Of a DNA stretch of 64,000 nucleotides, positions 9,350 through 19,253 are shown one piece after another. Position 1 is the first letter of the stretch; every line of letters starts with the position of its first letter. Source of the DNA: Candidatus Leptofilum sp. (GTDB taxonomy: Bacteria; Chloroflexota; Anaerolineae; Promineifilales; Promineifilaceae); NCBI RefSeq assembly GCF_965223285.1, contig NZ_OZ244997.1, positions 3,919,150 to 3,983,149 on the forward strand, in the 5' to 3' direction. Under the pieces are notes generated by a model. It saw only the letters and a program-made list of their open reading frames with translations. It did not search any database and was not told the origin of the DNA. The position numbers and the translations under genes are program-made.

Positions 9350-9452
9350 GAGCAAAGTAGCTAGCAGTTGAGAAAAGGCGGCGCGGCGGGACGCCGAGGC
9401 CGCAGCCGGGTGCGGTTTTGCGCTCGCCGAAGATCGCGCCGCAGCAGGAGTT

Positions 9453-10433
9453 TTATTTCAGGTGGGGGTTCATGGCGCGGTTGAGACCGTCGCCGAGCAG
9501 GTTCCAGCCGAGGCCAAAGAGGGTGATGGCGGTGGCGATAGGCAAGAAAGTCCACCAATAAATGAACGGATTACCGCCTAACCCCAGGGCAAAATCGCGG
9601 GAGCCAACCAGCACAATCGCCCAGGCCACTTCGCCACCAAAGCCAATGAAGATGAAGGCTGCGGCCCAAATGACCATGCCGCCCACATCTTTGGCCATAA
9701 GAACGATGGTAGGGGCGATGGCGTTGGGCAGCAGGTGGCGGAACAGAATGCGCGGACCAGTTGCGCCCATGGAGCGTGCGGCCGTTACAAATTCAGATTG
9801 ACGCAGTTGAGCAATGCTGCTGTTGGTGAGCCGGGCGTAGGGCATCCAGGAGAATAGAATCAGGCCCAGCATGATTGGGCTGACTTTGAAATTGTACAGG
9901 AACAGTTCCCACCAGCGCAGGGTTTCTGGCTCTAAAAATGGGTTGAAAACGGCCGTAAACAACGTCCGCTGAATAATCCAAATAGCCCCCAACACGGGAA
10001 ACGCCAGAAACGCATCGGTGATGGCCATCAGCAGCCGCTCGACCCAGCCACCCGTGTACGCGCCGACGGAACCGACGATGATGCCAAAAACGGCCGTCAG
10101 CACCGTCACCACCAGCCCAAATTGCAGCGCTGAACGCGTGCCCCAGATGAGCGTAAAGAACACATCCCAGTTGTAAAAAGCATCCTGCCCTGGCGCAATG
10201 CCAAATTGCGGCAAATTTTCGATTTGCGGCACGGTGCCCAGTGGATGTTCCGCAGAGGGCGGCTCGGGCAGTCTGGTAAATGTTTGCCCAACCGACTTGA
10301 AAGGTACGCGGCTTTCGGGATCGTTTGGTGGGGCGATGATGGGGGCAGCAACGGCCGTGCCCACAAACAGCCCGATGAGCAGCAGCGCCAACCAATTTTG
10401 CCGCTGCCGGAAGAACGCACGCCAGCGAATCAT
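9453..10433 (-). CDS. ABC transporter permease, DppC/OppC-like (second pair)
   Basis: Binding-protein-dependent transport signature, about 6 TM helices, and a 4-nt overlap with the upstream permease gene. Confidence 0.85.
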   Translation of the reverse strand: MIRWRAFFRQRQNWLALLLIGLFVGTAVAAPIIAPPNDPESRVPFKSVGQTFTRLPEPPSAEHPLGTVPQIENLPQFGIAPGQDAFYNWDVFFTLIWGTRSALQFGLVVTVLTAVFGIIVGSVGAYTGGWVERLLMAITDAFLAFPVLGAIWIIQRTLFTAVFNPFLEPETLRWWELFLYNFKVSPIMLGLILFSWMPYARLTNSSIAQLRQSEFVTAARSMGATGPRILFRHLLPNAIAPTIVLMAKDVGGMVIWAAAFIFIGFGGEVAWAIVLVGSRDFALGLGGNPFIYWWTFLPIATAITLFGLGWNLLGDGLNRAMNPHLK

Positions 10434-11530
10434 GGGCTAGCCTCCGTGTCATCGTCGGCCTTACGCACGCGCGGGTCTACCAGTCCTTTCAACAGGTCCA
10501 GAAGCAGCATAATGGGAAGCACCAGCAGCACGCTGTAGATGGCAAATCCCATCGCCAACGCCGCGTCGGGAGCCGTGTCGCGTAGGCTGCGGGTTACCAG
10601 TTCAGACAAGCCTTTGTAGTCGAACACGACCTCAACCACAAACACGCCGGTGATGAGTGACGCGGCCGAAAGCGAACTGCTGGTAAGCACGGGTAGCAGT
10701 ACGTTGCGAAAAACGTGCCGCCACACAATTTGGCGTTGCAGCAGACCCCGCGCCCTGGCGGCCATCACGTACGATTGGCTGGCTTCGTTAATGACGGCCA
10801 CTCGAGTAACGCGCCCTAGCGTGGCCCACTGCGCCAGCCCCAAAGTGAAGACAGGGAGTGCCAGGTGGCGTAGGGCGTCTTTTGTTACATCGAGACGGCC
10901 GTTTAGCAAGCCATCAATCGTCAAGAAGCCCGTAATTGTCTGGAACGAAGAGGTAGAAGCGCGTAAGGTTAGCTCGATAAGGCCCGTGCGCCCCGGCGGG
11001 AACCAGCCCAGCCCCACATAAAAAATGGAAAGCAGAAACATTCCCAAAATGAACGGCGGGATGGAAGTGGCAATGAAGGCGGCTGTGCGAAAGCTGCTGT
11101 CTTGTCTGCTGCCGGGTCGCCATCCGGCAACCACTCCGCTGATGATTCCCAGCGGAATGAGAGTGAGCAGGGCATAAAAAGCAAGTTCCAGGGTGACGGC
11201 CGTTCGCCGTTGCAGCAAATCCAAAACAGGCGCATTAAACGAGGGACTGTACCCCCAATCTCCACTGAGCAAGCCGCTGGCCCAACGGCCGTACTGCTGC
11301 AAAAACGGATCGTTTAAGCCATTTTCCTCGATGATGCGGTTGGTCAGATTTTCCAGCTTCTCGGCGGACATGATGCGGGGCTGGTTGGGAGGCATGTAAA
11401 GTGCGGCGCGCTCCTCGGCAGGGACGGACATGAAAAAGCTGTAAAGCACTATCGTGACCGCCAGCAGCGTCACCGGGATGATGAGCAGTCGGCGCAAAAC
11501 GTAGGTGAGGACGGACAGGGTGGGTTTCAT
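10430..11530 (-). CDS. ABC transporter permease, DppB/OppB-like (second pair)
   Basis: N-terminal YVLRRLLIIPVTLLAVTIVLYSF and an ARARGL..R..VWRHVFRN EAA-loop region. Confidence 0.85.
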   Translation of the reverse strand: MKPTLSVLTYVLRRLLIIPVTLLAVTIVLYSFFMSVPAEERAALYMPPNQPRIMSAEKLENLTNRIIEENGLNDPFLQQYGRWASGLLSGDWGYSPSFNAPVLDLLQRRTAVTLELAFYALLTLIPLGIISGVVAGWRPGSRQDSSFRTAAFIATSIPPFILGMFLLSIFYVGLGWFPPGRTGLIELTLRASTSSFQTITGFLTIDGLLNGRLDVTKDALRHLALPVFTLGLAQWATLGRVTRVAVINEASQSYVMAARARGLLQRQIVWRHVFRNVLLPVLTSSSLSAASLITGVFVVEVVFDYKGLSELVTRSLRDTAPDAALAMGFAIYSVLLVLPIMLLLDLLKGLVDPRVRKADDDTEASP

Positions 11531-11586
11531 TTGGCTAGCTGGTAATCAGGCAATTTTGTAATTGAGTAACTGCCAATCTCCATGCT

Positions 11587-12762
11587 CTAATCGTTAATCT
11601 CTGCCACTTCACAAGAAACAAGCTGAACCATTTCTGATCCTTCTAGTTGGCAGGTGATCTGGCTATTTTGGTCTGTAACGGCCTGGATGATGACGAAACG
11701 GCCGTGTTGCGCCACGCGCTCCCAGACTGGTGATTCTTCAAACAGGGTGGCTCGTTCTTGCAGCCAATTTTGCCAGGTGGCGTCGGCCGTCACCCCACAG
11801 CGGCGACAGTCGTCATCCAGAACATTGCCGAGCATGAGGCGGTTCATCCCGTCAGAGAATGGAATCCCGGCATCAAAACAAAAGCTAAAGTAGGTCGCCC
11901 GTTCCTGTGAAATAATCACTCGGCAGTTGACCCAGGCACCACTCTCAAAATGGGCGGTGATCACGGCATTGCTCCACGCTTCGTCTACCTCATTTACCAG
12001 CAGTGTGTATGGCCCATCCAGTTGATCGGCCACGCTGTCCAGCGCACTGTAGTTAAAATCGGTATCCAGCGAGAGCTGGAACAGGTCTCCATCGTATTCT
12101 CGCACGCGCTGAATCGCCTGATCGGTAACCTGCAACGCTTCTCGTGGGGCACTGGTGGTCAGATCGGGGAACAGTGCGCCTATGAATCCAGCTAGCAGAG
12201 CCGGTAGCAGCAATCGGAACGCGACTTGTTTGTTTAAGCGACGCCCATGTACCAGCTCTTGATGTGCCTGTACCAGATTTGTGTTTTGCACGATGGCCAG
12301 GAAAGGCAACACAACGAGCAGCAAAAATCCGGCGATTACATAAGACCACCAAAACAGATGCGTAGGCGATTGAACGACGGGAAGCCCAGAAAAACGGTCA
12401 TCTGCTAACCAGACCGTCCAATTTTGCCCGATGGGTGGCAGCATCCCCAAGCTAACGCAGATGAGAACGGCTGCACCTAACCAAACCAGCATTGCCAAGA
12501 GCGGTTGACGCAAGTAGCTGGCAAGCCAGCCTGTGATGCCGCCCAGCAGCAACACAGCCAGTCCGCTCACAATGGCCCCGCCATAGGGGAACCAAACCGG
12601 CAACCGCGACATCACCATCATTTTGGGAAGCCAAAATCCAATAGCGATGGCTAACCCGATAAGTAAGCCTTGCACCAGCCCCAGACGGCGGAAGCTGGGC
12701 AGCGATTCATGATCTAGTTCCTGCGGTAACTCCAGCAGCCTGTGCGGCCGTTCCGCGTTCAT
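11587..12762 (-). CDS. Polytopic membrane protein with a Cys-containing C-terminal soluble domain, unknown function
   Basis: About 6-7 hydrophobic helices followed by a ~200-aa domain. I trimmed the start to the ATG at 12762, which gives an ATGA overlap with the cytochrome gene stop (plus-strand TCAT at 12759-12762). Confidence 0.55.
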   Translation of the reverse strand: MNAERPHRLLELPQELDHESLPSFRRLGLVQGLLIGLAIAIGFWLPKMMVMSRLPVWFPYGGAIVSGLAVLLLGGITGWLASYLRQPLLAMLVWLGAAVLICVSLGMLPPIGQNWTVWLADDRFSGLPVVQSPTHLFWWSYVIAGFLLLVVLPFLAIVQNTNLVQAHQELVHGRRLNKQVAFRLLLPALLAGFIGALFPDLTTSAPREALQVTDQAIQRVREYDGDLFQLSLDTDFNYSALDSVADQLDGPYTLLVNEVDEAWSNAVITAHFESGAWVNCRVIISQERATYFSFCFDAGIPFSDGMNRLMLGNVLDDDCRRCGVTADATWQNWLQERATLFEESPVWERVAQHGRFVIIQAVTDQNSQITCQLEGSEMVQLVSCEVAEIND

Positions 12763-13481
12763 CCTGTTTGTTTGCGCCATAATACCCCTCCCATAACAAG
12801 TAGCAGCAACAAAGCCATGCCGCTTACCAATAACCAATTGATTTCATTTGCATTTTCCGATGAGGGTGTAGTGGGAACGGCCGTTGCCAGCGATGTTGGC
12901 GTGGGTTCAACAACGGCGGTAGGCTGTGGTTGGGGCGTGTTCAAGATGATCTGCTCGGCAGAAACGGCCGAGATTGGTTCCCCATTCCACACCCCATGCG
13001 CCTGACCTAAAAAGGCAACAATGGCCAGATATTCCTCATCTGTCAACGACCCAGGCACCTGGCGCGGCATTGATGCCCGAATGTAACTGTACAAATCCGC
13101 CGCCGTACCAAACTGGCTCAAGCTGTTTCCGCCAATGATGGCTGGTACTTGCTTGGGGAGCGTGAACCCTTCTTCATACGGCCGTGCGCCGTGGCAGCCA
13201 GAATTCCAGCAATATTGATCCTCTTCCGGGTATTGCGCCCGCCAATCGTCGTCGGGCGCGTCGGTGAGTCCTTGCCCCACATCCCCATGGCAGGGCTGGC
13301 AGTGTAGCCAATAAAGTTGGGCACCCTCATCCGCCTGGGTGGGTGCAGGAACGGTGGGTGGCGCGGCCAGCCGATCTGGCGTAGGTGTCGCATCCTGCGC
13401 CAGCGTCTGGGTACTTGTTACAAAGAGGCAGATGAGTAGGGAAACGGCCGTGGCCCCCACAAAAAACACACGCTTCATCAT
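12759..13481 (-). CDS. Membrane-anchored c-type cytochrome
   Basis: Signal peptide, CQPCH haem-binding motif (CxxCH), a second CWNSGCH-like site, a Pro/Thr-rich linker and a C-terminal TM helix. Confidence 0.8.
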   Translation of the reverse strand: MMKRVFFVGATAVSLLICLFVTSTQTLAQDATPTPDRLAAPPTVPAPTQADEGAQLYWLHCQPCHGDVGQGLTDAPDDDWRAQYPEEDQYCWNSGCHGARPYEEGFTLPKQVPAIIGGNSLSQFGTAADLYSYIRASMPRQVPGSLTDEEYLAIVAFLGQAHGVWNGEPISAVSAEQIILNTPQPQPTAVVEPTPTSLATAVPTTPSSENANEINWLLVSGMALLLLLVMGGVLWRKQTG

Positions 13482-13552
13482 CTAAAATTAAAAATGAGCG
13501 AGCCACTTTACGCGACCCGCTCATTCAACCACCTGATTACTTGAATACTTAA

Positions 13553-14587
13553 TTATCCCTTACGCAGTTTCGGGTCCAAAATATCGCGTAAGGCATCCCC
13601 CAGCAAATTCCAGCCTAGCCCATACAGCAGCAACGCCAGCCCAGGGAACAACACAATATACCAATGGGTATCCAGCGTCAAAATCCAGTCGCGGGCAAAG
13701 CTCACAATTTGACCCCAATCAGCATATCCCGGCTGCACACCAACGCCCAGAAAACTTAGCGCAGCAAATGAAAGCACGATGGCTCCCATGTCTAAGGACA
13801 GGAAAACCAATGTCGGAAAGATGGCATTGGGCAACACATGCTTCAAAATAATGTGAATATCTCTGGCGCCGCTTGCTTGTGCGGCTAATACATAATCCCG
13901 CTCTTTATTAGAAAGAATATCACCGCGCAGCAGGCGCGCATATCCCATCCAGCCAAACACACTTAATGCAATCATGGCAGGCCACAAGCTTTGTCCGAAA
14001 ATAGGCACCAAAATTGAAGAAAGTACCAATACAGCTACTAGGCCGGGAAACACAATAAATATCTCCACAATGCGCATCATGATTTCATCAACCCAACCAC
14101 CGAAGTAGCCAGCTATTGAGCCAACCAATATGCCAAACAGAGCCGAAACGGCCACAACGGCCGTTCCTGCCAGCAATGCCGTCCGTGACCCCCAGACAAT
14201 GCCATACCAAATATCATATTGTTGACTGGTGGTTCCCAACATATGCACCCACGTTTCATTGCCCGTAACTAAACGATACCAACCAGGTACAGTACCAGGA
14301 GTATTTTGGTTCCAGGGTGTGCCAGGGGGAAGCGGTTCCGGCTTATACCCATCTTGCGGAATGGTATAGGGGTCCCAGTTTTCGGTGGGGGCAGGTGCCA
14401 GAATCGGTGCAAAAGAGGCCATCAAAATAAACAAAGCAACGATAATGAGACCCGTTACAGAAAGCGGATTGGTAGCAATGCCCTTGAGGAGTCGGTACCA
14501 TTCTGGCCCAACCAATTGCTCCAGGCGATTTTGATCACCTAAATCTTCATTTAAATCTAGCCCAGCTACTACGTCAGGTGTTGTCAT
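13553..14587 (-). CDS. ABC transporter permease, DppC/OppC-like (first pair)
   Basis: BPD-transport signature. I prefer the start at 14587 (GGAAGGA RBS) because the longer track N-terminus is encoded by a perfect hairpin. The alternative start is 14650. Confidence 0.8.
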   Translation of the reverse strand: MTTPDVVAGLDLNEDLGDQNRLEQLVGPEWYRLLKGIATNPLSVTGLIIVALFILMASFAPILAPAPTENWDPYTIPQDGYKPEPLPPGTPWNQNTPGTVPGWYRLVTGNETWVHMLGTTSQQYDIWYGIVWGSRTALLAGTAVVAVSALFGILVGSIAGYFGGWVDEIMMRIVEIFIVFPGLVAVLVLSSILVPIFGQSLWPAMIALSVFGWMGYARLLRGDILSNKERDYVLAAQASGARDIHIILKHVLPNAIFPTLVFLSLDMGAIVLSFAALSFLGVGVQPGYADWGQIVSFARDWILTLDTHWYIVLFPGLALLLYGLGWNLLGDALRDILDPKLRKG

Positions 14588-14600
14588 CAGCTTTTCCTTC

Positions 14601-14643
14601 CTCAAACATACGATTTCTCCAAGAATGAAGTCGTATGTTTGAG
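14601..14643. repeat. Intercistronic perfect 13-bp inverted repeat
   Basis: CTCAAACATACGA (14601-14613) / TCGTATGTTTGAG (14631-14643), between the two permease genes. Confidence 0.7.
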
Positions 14644-14659
14644 TCGCCATAAAGGTAAT

Positions 14660-15721
14660 TTATGAGAGTCGAATGCGGGGATCAATTACCACATACATAA
14701 TATCTACAATCAAATAGGCAAAGATAAAAAGAATGCCATTAAACAAAGCGAAGCCCAACATCGTCAGTACATCAAGCTGAACGGCCGCAGCGGCCGCCAT
14801 TTGCCCTAACCCTGGATAGTTAAAAATCACCTCGGTAACCACCACGCCATTCATAAGCCCGGCTAACGTGCCGCCCGCAATGGTGATGACTGGAATAAGA
14901 GCGTTGCGCCGAATGTGCCGATTAACCACCGTTTTTTCATACAAACCTTTGGCACGAGCAGTCCGTACATAATCTTGCCGCATCTCCTCCAGCATCGAAG
15001 ACCTTGTGACCCGCAATAGCAAGGCCCACTGCACCACGGCTAAGGTAACAACTGGCAATACCAAATGCCGCAGCGCGTCCACAAAAACATCAAACCGCAA
15101 ATTCAGCAAGCTATCAATTGTCATCATGCCCGTGTACTGCGTAAAGCCAGGGCGACTCACCAACAGCGTATATTCAGTAGAAAGTCGGCCTATCTGTAGC
15201 CAATCTAACCTGACGGCAATAAGCAATAGTAGTAACGCAAAAACAAAAGTGGGAAACGACCAGCCTATGGTTGCAAACACCCGCACAACCTGATCGAATA
15301 GTTTATTGTGATTGAGCGCGGCTTTTATACCCATCCAAATGCCCCCGGCAATAATTGGAATCATCGCCCACAGGGCAAGCTCCAGTGTCGCCGGGAAGCG
15401 TCTTTTAAGCATATCAATAACTGGTTCCCGCCCTGTGCGCGAAAAACCGAGATCTCCCCGCAAAACCCCCCCAATACGCTCCCCGGTTTCAGGATCAATC
15501 TGACCGGTCATCCAATTCCAATATTGCACATGGATAGGCTCATCTAGCCCATAGCGGCGAATAATGGCATCGACCTGTGATTGGGTTTTGGGAATATCAC
15601 GCACGTACAGGGCAGAGCGTTCCACAGGCCCCAAAATTTGGAGCATACTAAAAATAAGTATCGTCACCCCAAACATAATGAGTGGCATAATGAGCAAACG
15701 GCGGATGATGTAAGCAGTCAT
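14660..15721 (-). CDS. ABC transporter permease, DppB/OppB-like (first pair)
   Basis: MTAYIIRRLLIMPLIMFGVTILIFSML and a TARAKGL...VNRHIRRNALIP EAA-loop. Confidence 0.88.
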   Translation of the reverse strand: MTAYIIRRLLIMPLIMFGVTILIFSMLQILGPVERSALYVRDIPKTQSQVDAIIRRYGLDEPIHVQYWNWMTGQIDPETGERIGGVLRGDLGFSRTGREPVIDMLKRRFPATLELALWAMIPIIAGGIWMGIKAALNHNKLFDQVVRVFATIGWSFPTFVFALLLLLIAVRLDWLQIGRLSTEYTLLVSRPGFTQYTGMMTIDSLLNLRFDVFVDALRHLVLPVVTLAVVQWALLLRVTRSSMLEEMRQDYVRTARAKGLYEKTVVNRHIRRNALIPVITIAGGTLAGLMNGVVVTEVIFNYPGLGQMAAAAAVQLDVLTMLGFALFNGILFIFAYLIVDIMYVVIDPRIRLS

Positions 15722-15826
15722 AAAAGCCTCTTGTTTTTTCTAGGATTTGCTTCCATTCCATTAAAACAATTCTGCTGAAGAGTTGTGATCATCTACAAAT
15801 CTACACCAGGCTTGCTTTAATCATTA

Positions 15827-15856
15827 TGTAGGGGCGGTTCGCGAACCGCCCCTACA
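15827..15856. repeat. 30-bp perfect palindrome between the substrate-binding-protein and permease genes
   Basis: TGTAGGGGCGGTTCG|CGAACCGCCCCTACA. Its position suggests an mRNA-stabilising or attenuating stem-loop 3' of the binding-protein gene. Confidence 0.75.
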
Positions 15857-15873
15857 AAGGTTATGCTAAGCGA

Positions 15874-17958
15874 TTATTCGCTAGCTAGACTCAGTGCATA
15901 GAAGTAGGTACCAGATGTGATTGGGTTGTAGTACCAATTTTCTACCCAACGTTGCTCATAACGGGCACCTGTGCCTTGGGACAAGGTAATCTGAATAGCC
16001 AGATCATGGTGCAGTTGCTGCAATTCAAAGTAGATCTGCTCACGTTCTGCTGGATCTGCAGTTTCTACACCAGCGTTTACTAATGCAGTAAACTGGTCCA
16101 AGATTTCTTGCGGTAACTGTTGGCGACCAGCATAGGTGCCGACCGTAAAGGGCTGTACCCAGTTGTGCGGGTCATGGATGTCTTCCAACCAGCCACTAGC
16201 AATCATCGGTACCTGAGAGGCACGGAAGGAGCGTAAGAATGTGGGCCACGGCAGGCCAACGATCTCAACTTGATACAGTGGGTTGATGGAGCGCAGGTTG
16301 GCTTGCAGAATCGCACCGGCGGTCTGGCGGGAAACGTTACCTGTATTGTAGGCAATCTGGAAGCGGAAGCCCGTTTCTGGTAAGACGCCGCCCCAGGCTT
16401 GTTCCAGTTCAGCAGCGCAAGCATCTAGGTCAGTTTCGTACATTGGGCCGTCGGGATTGTAGCCCAACATATCAAGGATGATTGGCCCATTGTTGCGCAC
16501 GCCTTCACCATTTTGTGCGTCGGTGATGTACGCTTCGTAGTCGAAGCAGTAGTTCATTGCGCGACGGACGTTGATGTCGCTGAAGAAGTTCGGCGGAATG
16601 CCGTTGCCGTCTAGCTCACCACTACCAATGTAGGGGGAATCCTCGCCAACATCAAAGGTCATAAAGACGTCAGTACGAGATACCTGCGGCAGGTCACCCC
16701 ATTTCCGCAGAGGTCCATTGGGATTCTCTGGGTTGGGTTCACATTCACCTGTGCGGAAGTCACAGAATTCACCAACAAATTGATCGGCCTGTGGACGATT
16801 CGCTTGCGGTACAGCGGCGTTTTCGATGTCGCCAGCCTGCAGGGCTGCAAAACGGGTACCCCATTCATCAACTTGCCGTTGGACGATGGTGCCGATAGCT
16901 GGCTGCCCAGCGGGGCCACCTTCCCAAACGGGTTGGTCATCACCACGCCAGTAGTTTTCGTTAGCAACCAAGACCCAGCCTTCACCAGGTGTCCAGCTTT
17001 CCAGACGATACGGGCCGGTGCCGTTCATAACGGCCGTTAACTCGGAATTCTCAGAACCAGGTGCGTAGAAGTTCTGCCAAGTGTCGCAGCTACCATCCCA
17101 GGCACCTTGCTCAATAGCCCATTCCATATCCAGAATTGAACCCCAAGCCGGAGCGATACTAGCCAGGAAAGGTCCCCAAGGCTGCGCGAGGTTAAACGTA
17201 ACCGTGCTTGCATCATTGTCAGCAACCACAGCAGCCTGTACTTTTTCACAAACAGCGACTAATTCTTCCGCGGAAGCATTGGCAACCAGACCTTCGGGAT
17301 CACCTGCGTAGGCACCTTCAGCAATTTCTTCGGTGATGTCAAACGTTTGGTTATAGCCCATAATCGGTTCCAAAAGCAGCCATTGGGCACTGTTTGGATC
17401 AGATTGCAGCAGCCCACGCTGGAAGGTATATGCTACGTCGCTAGCCTCTAGCGTGCCACCCTCATGGAAAGTAACACCTTCACGAATGTTGAACGTGTAG
17501 GACAGGCCGTCTTCAGAAATCAGCCCATTTTCGGTGCTCGGAACTTCCACCGCCAGGGCGGGAACGAAAGTTGTCGGGTCTGCACCGTTGTAGGTGATGA
17601 GAGGCTCCATGACATTCAAAGCCAATGTACCACTGGCGGTGTCATAGATTAAGTTAGGATCCATTGTGTCAATGTCACCAAAGGTCATGTAGGTGTAGAT
17701 GGAAGGATCAGGAGCACCAGTTGGGCCAGCTTCTTCGCCCCCAGCTTCAACCTCAACTGTCTCAATGACAGTTTCGGTAACAACACGGGTGACTTCTACC
17801 TCAACCGCTTCACCTTCTACAACCTCTGTGACCGTTTCTGTAATGACACGGGTGACCTCGACGGGTACCTCAACAGTTTGTGGGGAACATGCGACAACAA
17901 TGATGGCAAACATGGCCATCATTGCCGCAAATAACCCAATTCGTTTTTTTGTGTTCAT
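15874..17958 (-). CDS. ABC substrate-binding lipoprotein, family 5 (peptide/nickel)
   Basis: Lipobox (IVVACS), a repetitive VEVTRV(I/V)TETV linker, then a long family-5 SBP body. Confidence 0.85.
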   Translation of the reverse strand: MNTKKRIGLFAAMMAMFAIIVVACSPQTVEVPVEVTRVITETVTEVVEGEAVEVEVTRVVTETVIETVEVEAGGEEAGPTGAPDPSIYTYMTFGDIDTMDPNLIYDTASGTLALNVMEPLITYNGADPTTFVPALAVEVPSTENGLISEDGLSYTFNIREGVTFHEGGTLEASDVAYTFQRGLLQSDPNSAQWLLLEPIMGYNQTFDITEEIAEGAYAGDPEGLVANASAEELVAVCEKVQAAVVADNDASTVTFNLAQPWGPFLASIAPAWGSILDMEWAIEQGAWDGSCDTWQNFYAPGSENSELTAVMNGTGPYRLESWTPGEGWVLVANENYWRGDDQPVWEGGPAGQPAIGTIVQRQVDEWGTRFAALQAGDIENAAVPQANRPQADQFVGEFCDFRTGECEPNPENPNGPLRKWGDLPQVSRTDVFMTFDVGEDSPYIGSGELDGNGIPPNFFSDINVRRAMNYCFDYEAYITDAQNGEGVRNNGPIILDMLGYNPDGPMYETDLDACAAELEQAWGGVLPETGFRFQIAYNTGNVSRQTAGAILQANLRSINPLYQVEIVGLPWPTFLRSFRASQVPMIASGWLEDIHDPHNWVQPFTVGTYAGRQQLPQEILDQFTALVNAGVETADPAEREQIYFELQQLHHDLAIQITLSQGTGARYEQRWVENWYYNPITSGTYFYALSLASE

Positions 17959-18233
17959 TGTTTGTATATTCCTCCTCTGAATATCACAATTGTTTGCAAA
18001 AAAATGGTTCTAGTGTTTGAACTTTTCTATATCTACAACCTCCTTTCCAATTGCTGTTGATCACACAATCTTCAAACTCTTCACAAATTTGCAAAGGTTA
18101 GTGGAGAAAACGAGTTTTCGGAAACTGAATCGTTCCAAATTTCCCTTCTTTTCTCTTGAAAGTAAGCCGCATCATTTACCAGAAGTTCTCTTTTTGAGGG
18201 GCGTGTGCGGTTTACTTAATTGGCAATGACATA

Positions 18234-19253
18234 CTATAAAAAGTTTTCGGCGTGGTGACAGGCTACCATGTGCACATGCTCGGACTTGCCCAACGGCCGA
18301 AAAACTGGGTCTTCTTTGCGGCAAATATCAGTGGCATGTATGCAGCGTGGGTGAAAGCGACAACCAGCGGGTGGATTATCCGGGCTAGGGACATCCCCCT
18401 CCAAAATGATGCGTTGTCGTTTCTCTTCTTTGTCAGGATCAGGTAAGGGAATCGCGGAGAGAAGGGCTTGTGTGTAAGGATGAAGGGGATGATCGTACAC
18501 ATCATTCCGGTCGCCCAGCTCCACAATTTTGCCTAAATACATAACTGCTACGCGATCGCTGATGTATCGCACCATCGATAAATCATGGGCAATAAACAGA
18601 TACGTCAAACCAAGTTCTTGCTTGAGATCATCTAGCAGGTTAACTACCTGGGCTTGAATGGAAACATCCAAGGCAGAAATAGGCTCATCGGCCACAATAA
18701 AAGAGGGATTTGTCGCTAAGGCGCGGGCAATGCCTATACGCTGACGCTGCCCGCCGGAAAATTCGTGCGGGTAACGGCTGATAAAATACGGATTTAGACC
18801 TACTAATGCAAGCAGTTCCTCTACACGTGCTTTGCGGCTCTTGGAGTCGCCGATACCGTGAATAGCTAATGGTTCGCTGACAATGTTGCCTACAGTCATG
18901 CGTGGGTTGAGCGAAGCATAGGGGTCTTGGAAAATCATCTGCATGTGGCGGCGGGCGCGGCGCATTTGCTCACGGTTTAATTCCGTTAAAGATTTCCTTT
19001 CATAAAATACGGAACCTTCTGTGGGTTCGTACAGCTGTAAAATAGTGCGGCCAGCGGTAGATTTACCACAGCCACTTTCACCTACAAGCCCCAAGGTTTC
19101 GCCTTTGTAAATTTCAAAGGAAATGCCGTCCACGGCACGAATGGCCCCAACTTGCCTTTTTAGAACGCCCCGCCGTATGGGGAAATGCTTTTTTAGATCA
19201 TTTACTTCAATGAGAACTTCACGATTGTGACGGCCGTTTTCTGATTCTGTCAT
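18234..19253 (-). CDS. ABC ATP-binding protein, OppF/DppF-like
   Basis: Walker [10 protein letters not shown], signature [15 protein letters not shown], Walker B FIVADEP, and the C-terminal oligopeptide-type extension. Confidence 0.92.
   Translation of the reverse strand: MTESENGRHNREVLIEVNDLKKHFPIRRGVLKRQVGAIRAVDGISFEIYKGETLGLVGESGCGKSTAGRTILQLYEPTEGSVFYERKSLTELNREQMRRARRHMQMIFQDPYASLNPRMTVGNIVSEPLAIHGIGDSKSRKARVEELLALVGLNPYFISRYPHEFSGGQRQRIGIARALATNPSFIVADEPISALDVSIQAQVVNLLDDLKQELGLTYLFIAHDLSMVRYISDRVAVMYLGKIVELGDRNDVYDHPLHPYTQALLSAIPLPDPDKEEKRQRIILEGDVPSPDNPPAGCRFHPRCIHATDICRKEDPVFRPLGKSEHVHMVACHHAENFL

Noticed and set aside
9793-10452. 219-aa alternative-frame ORF on the minus strand
   Set aside because: It overlaps the DppC-like permease in another frame. 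Its composition is Arg/Ala/Gly-rich, as is typical of off-frame reading in GC-rich coding DNA.
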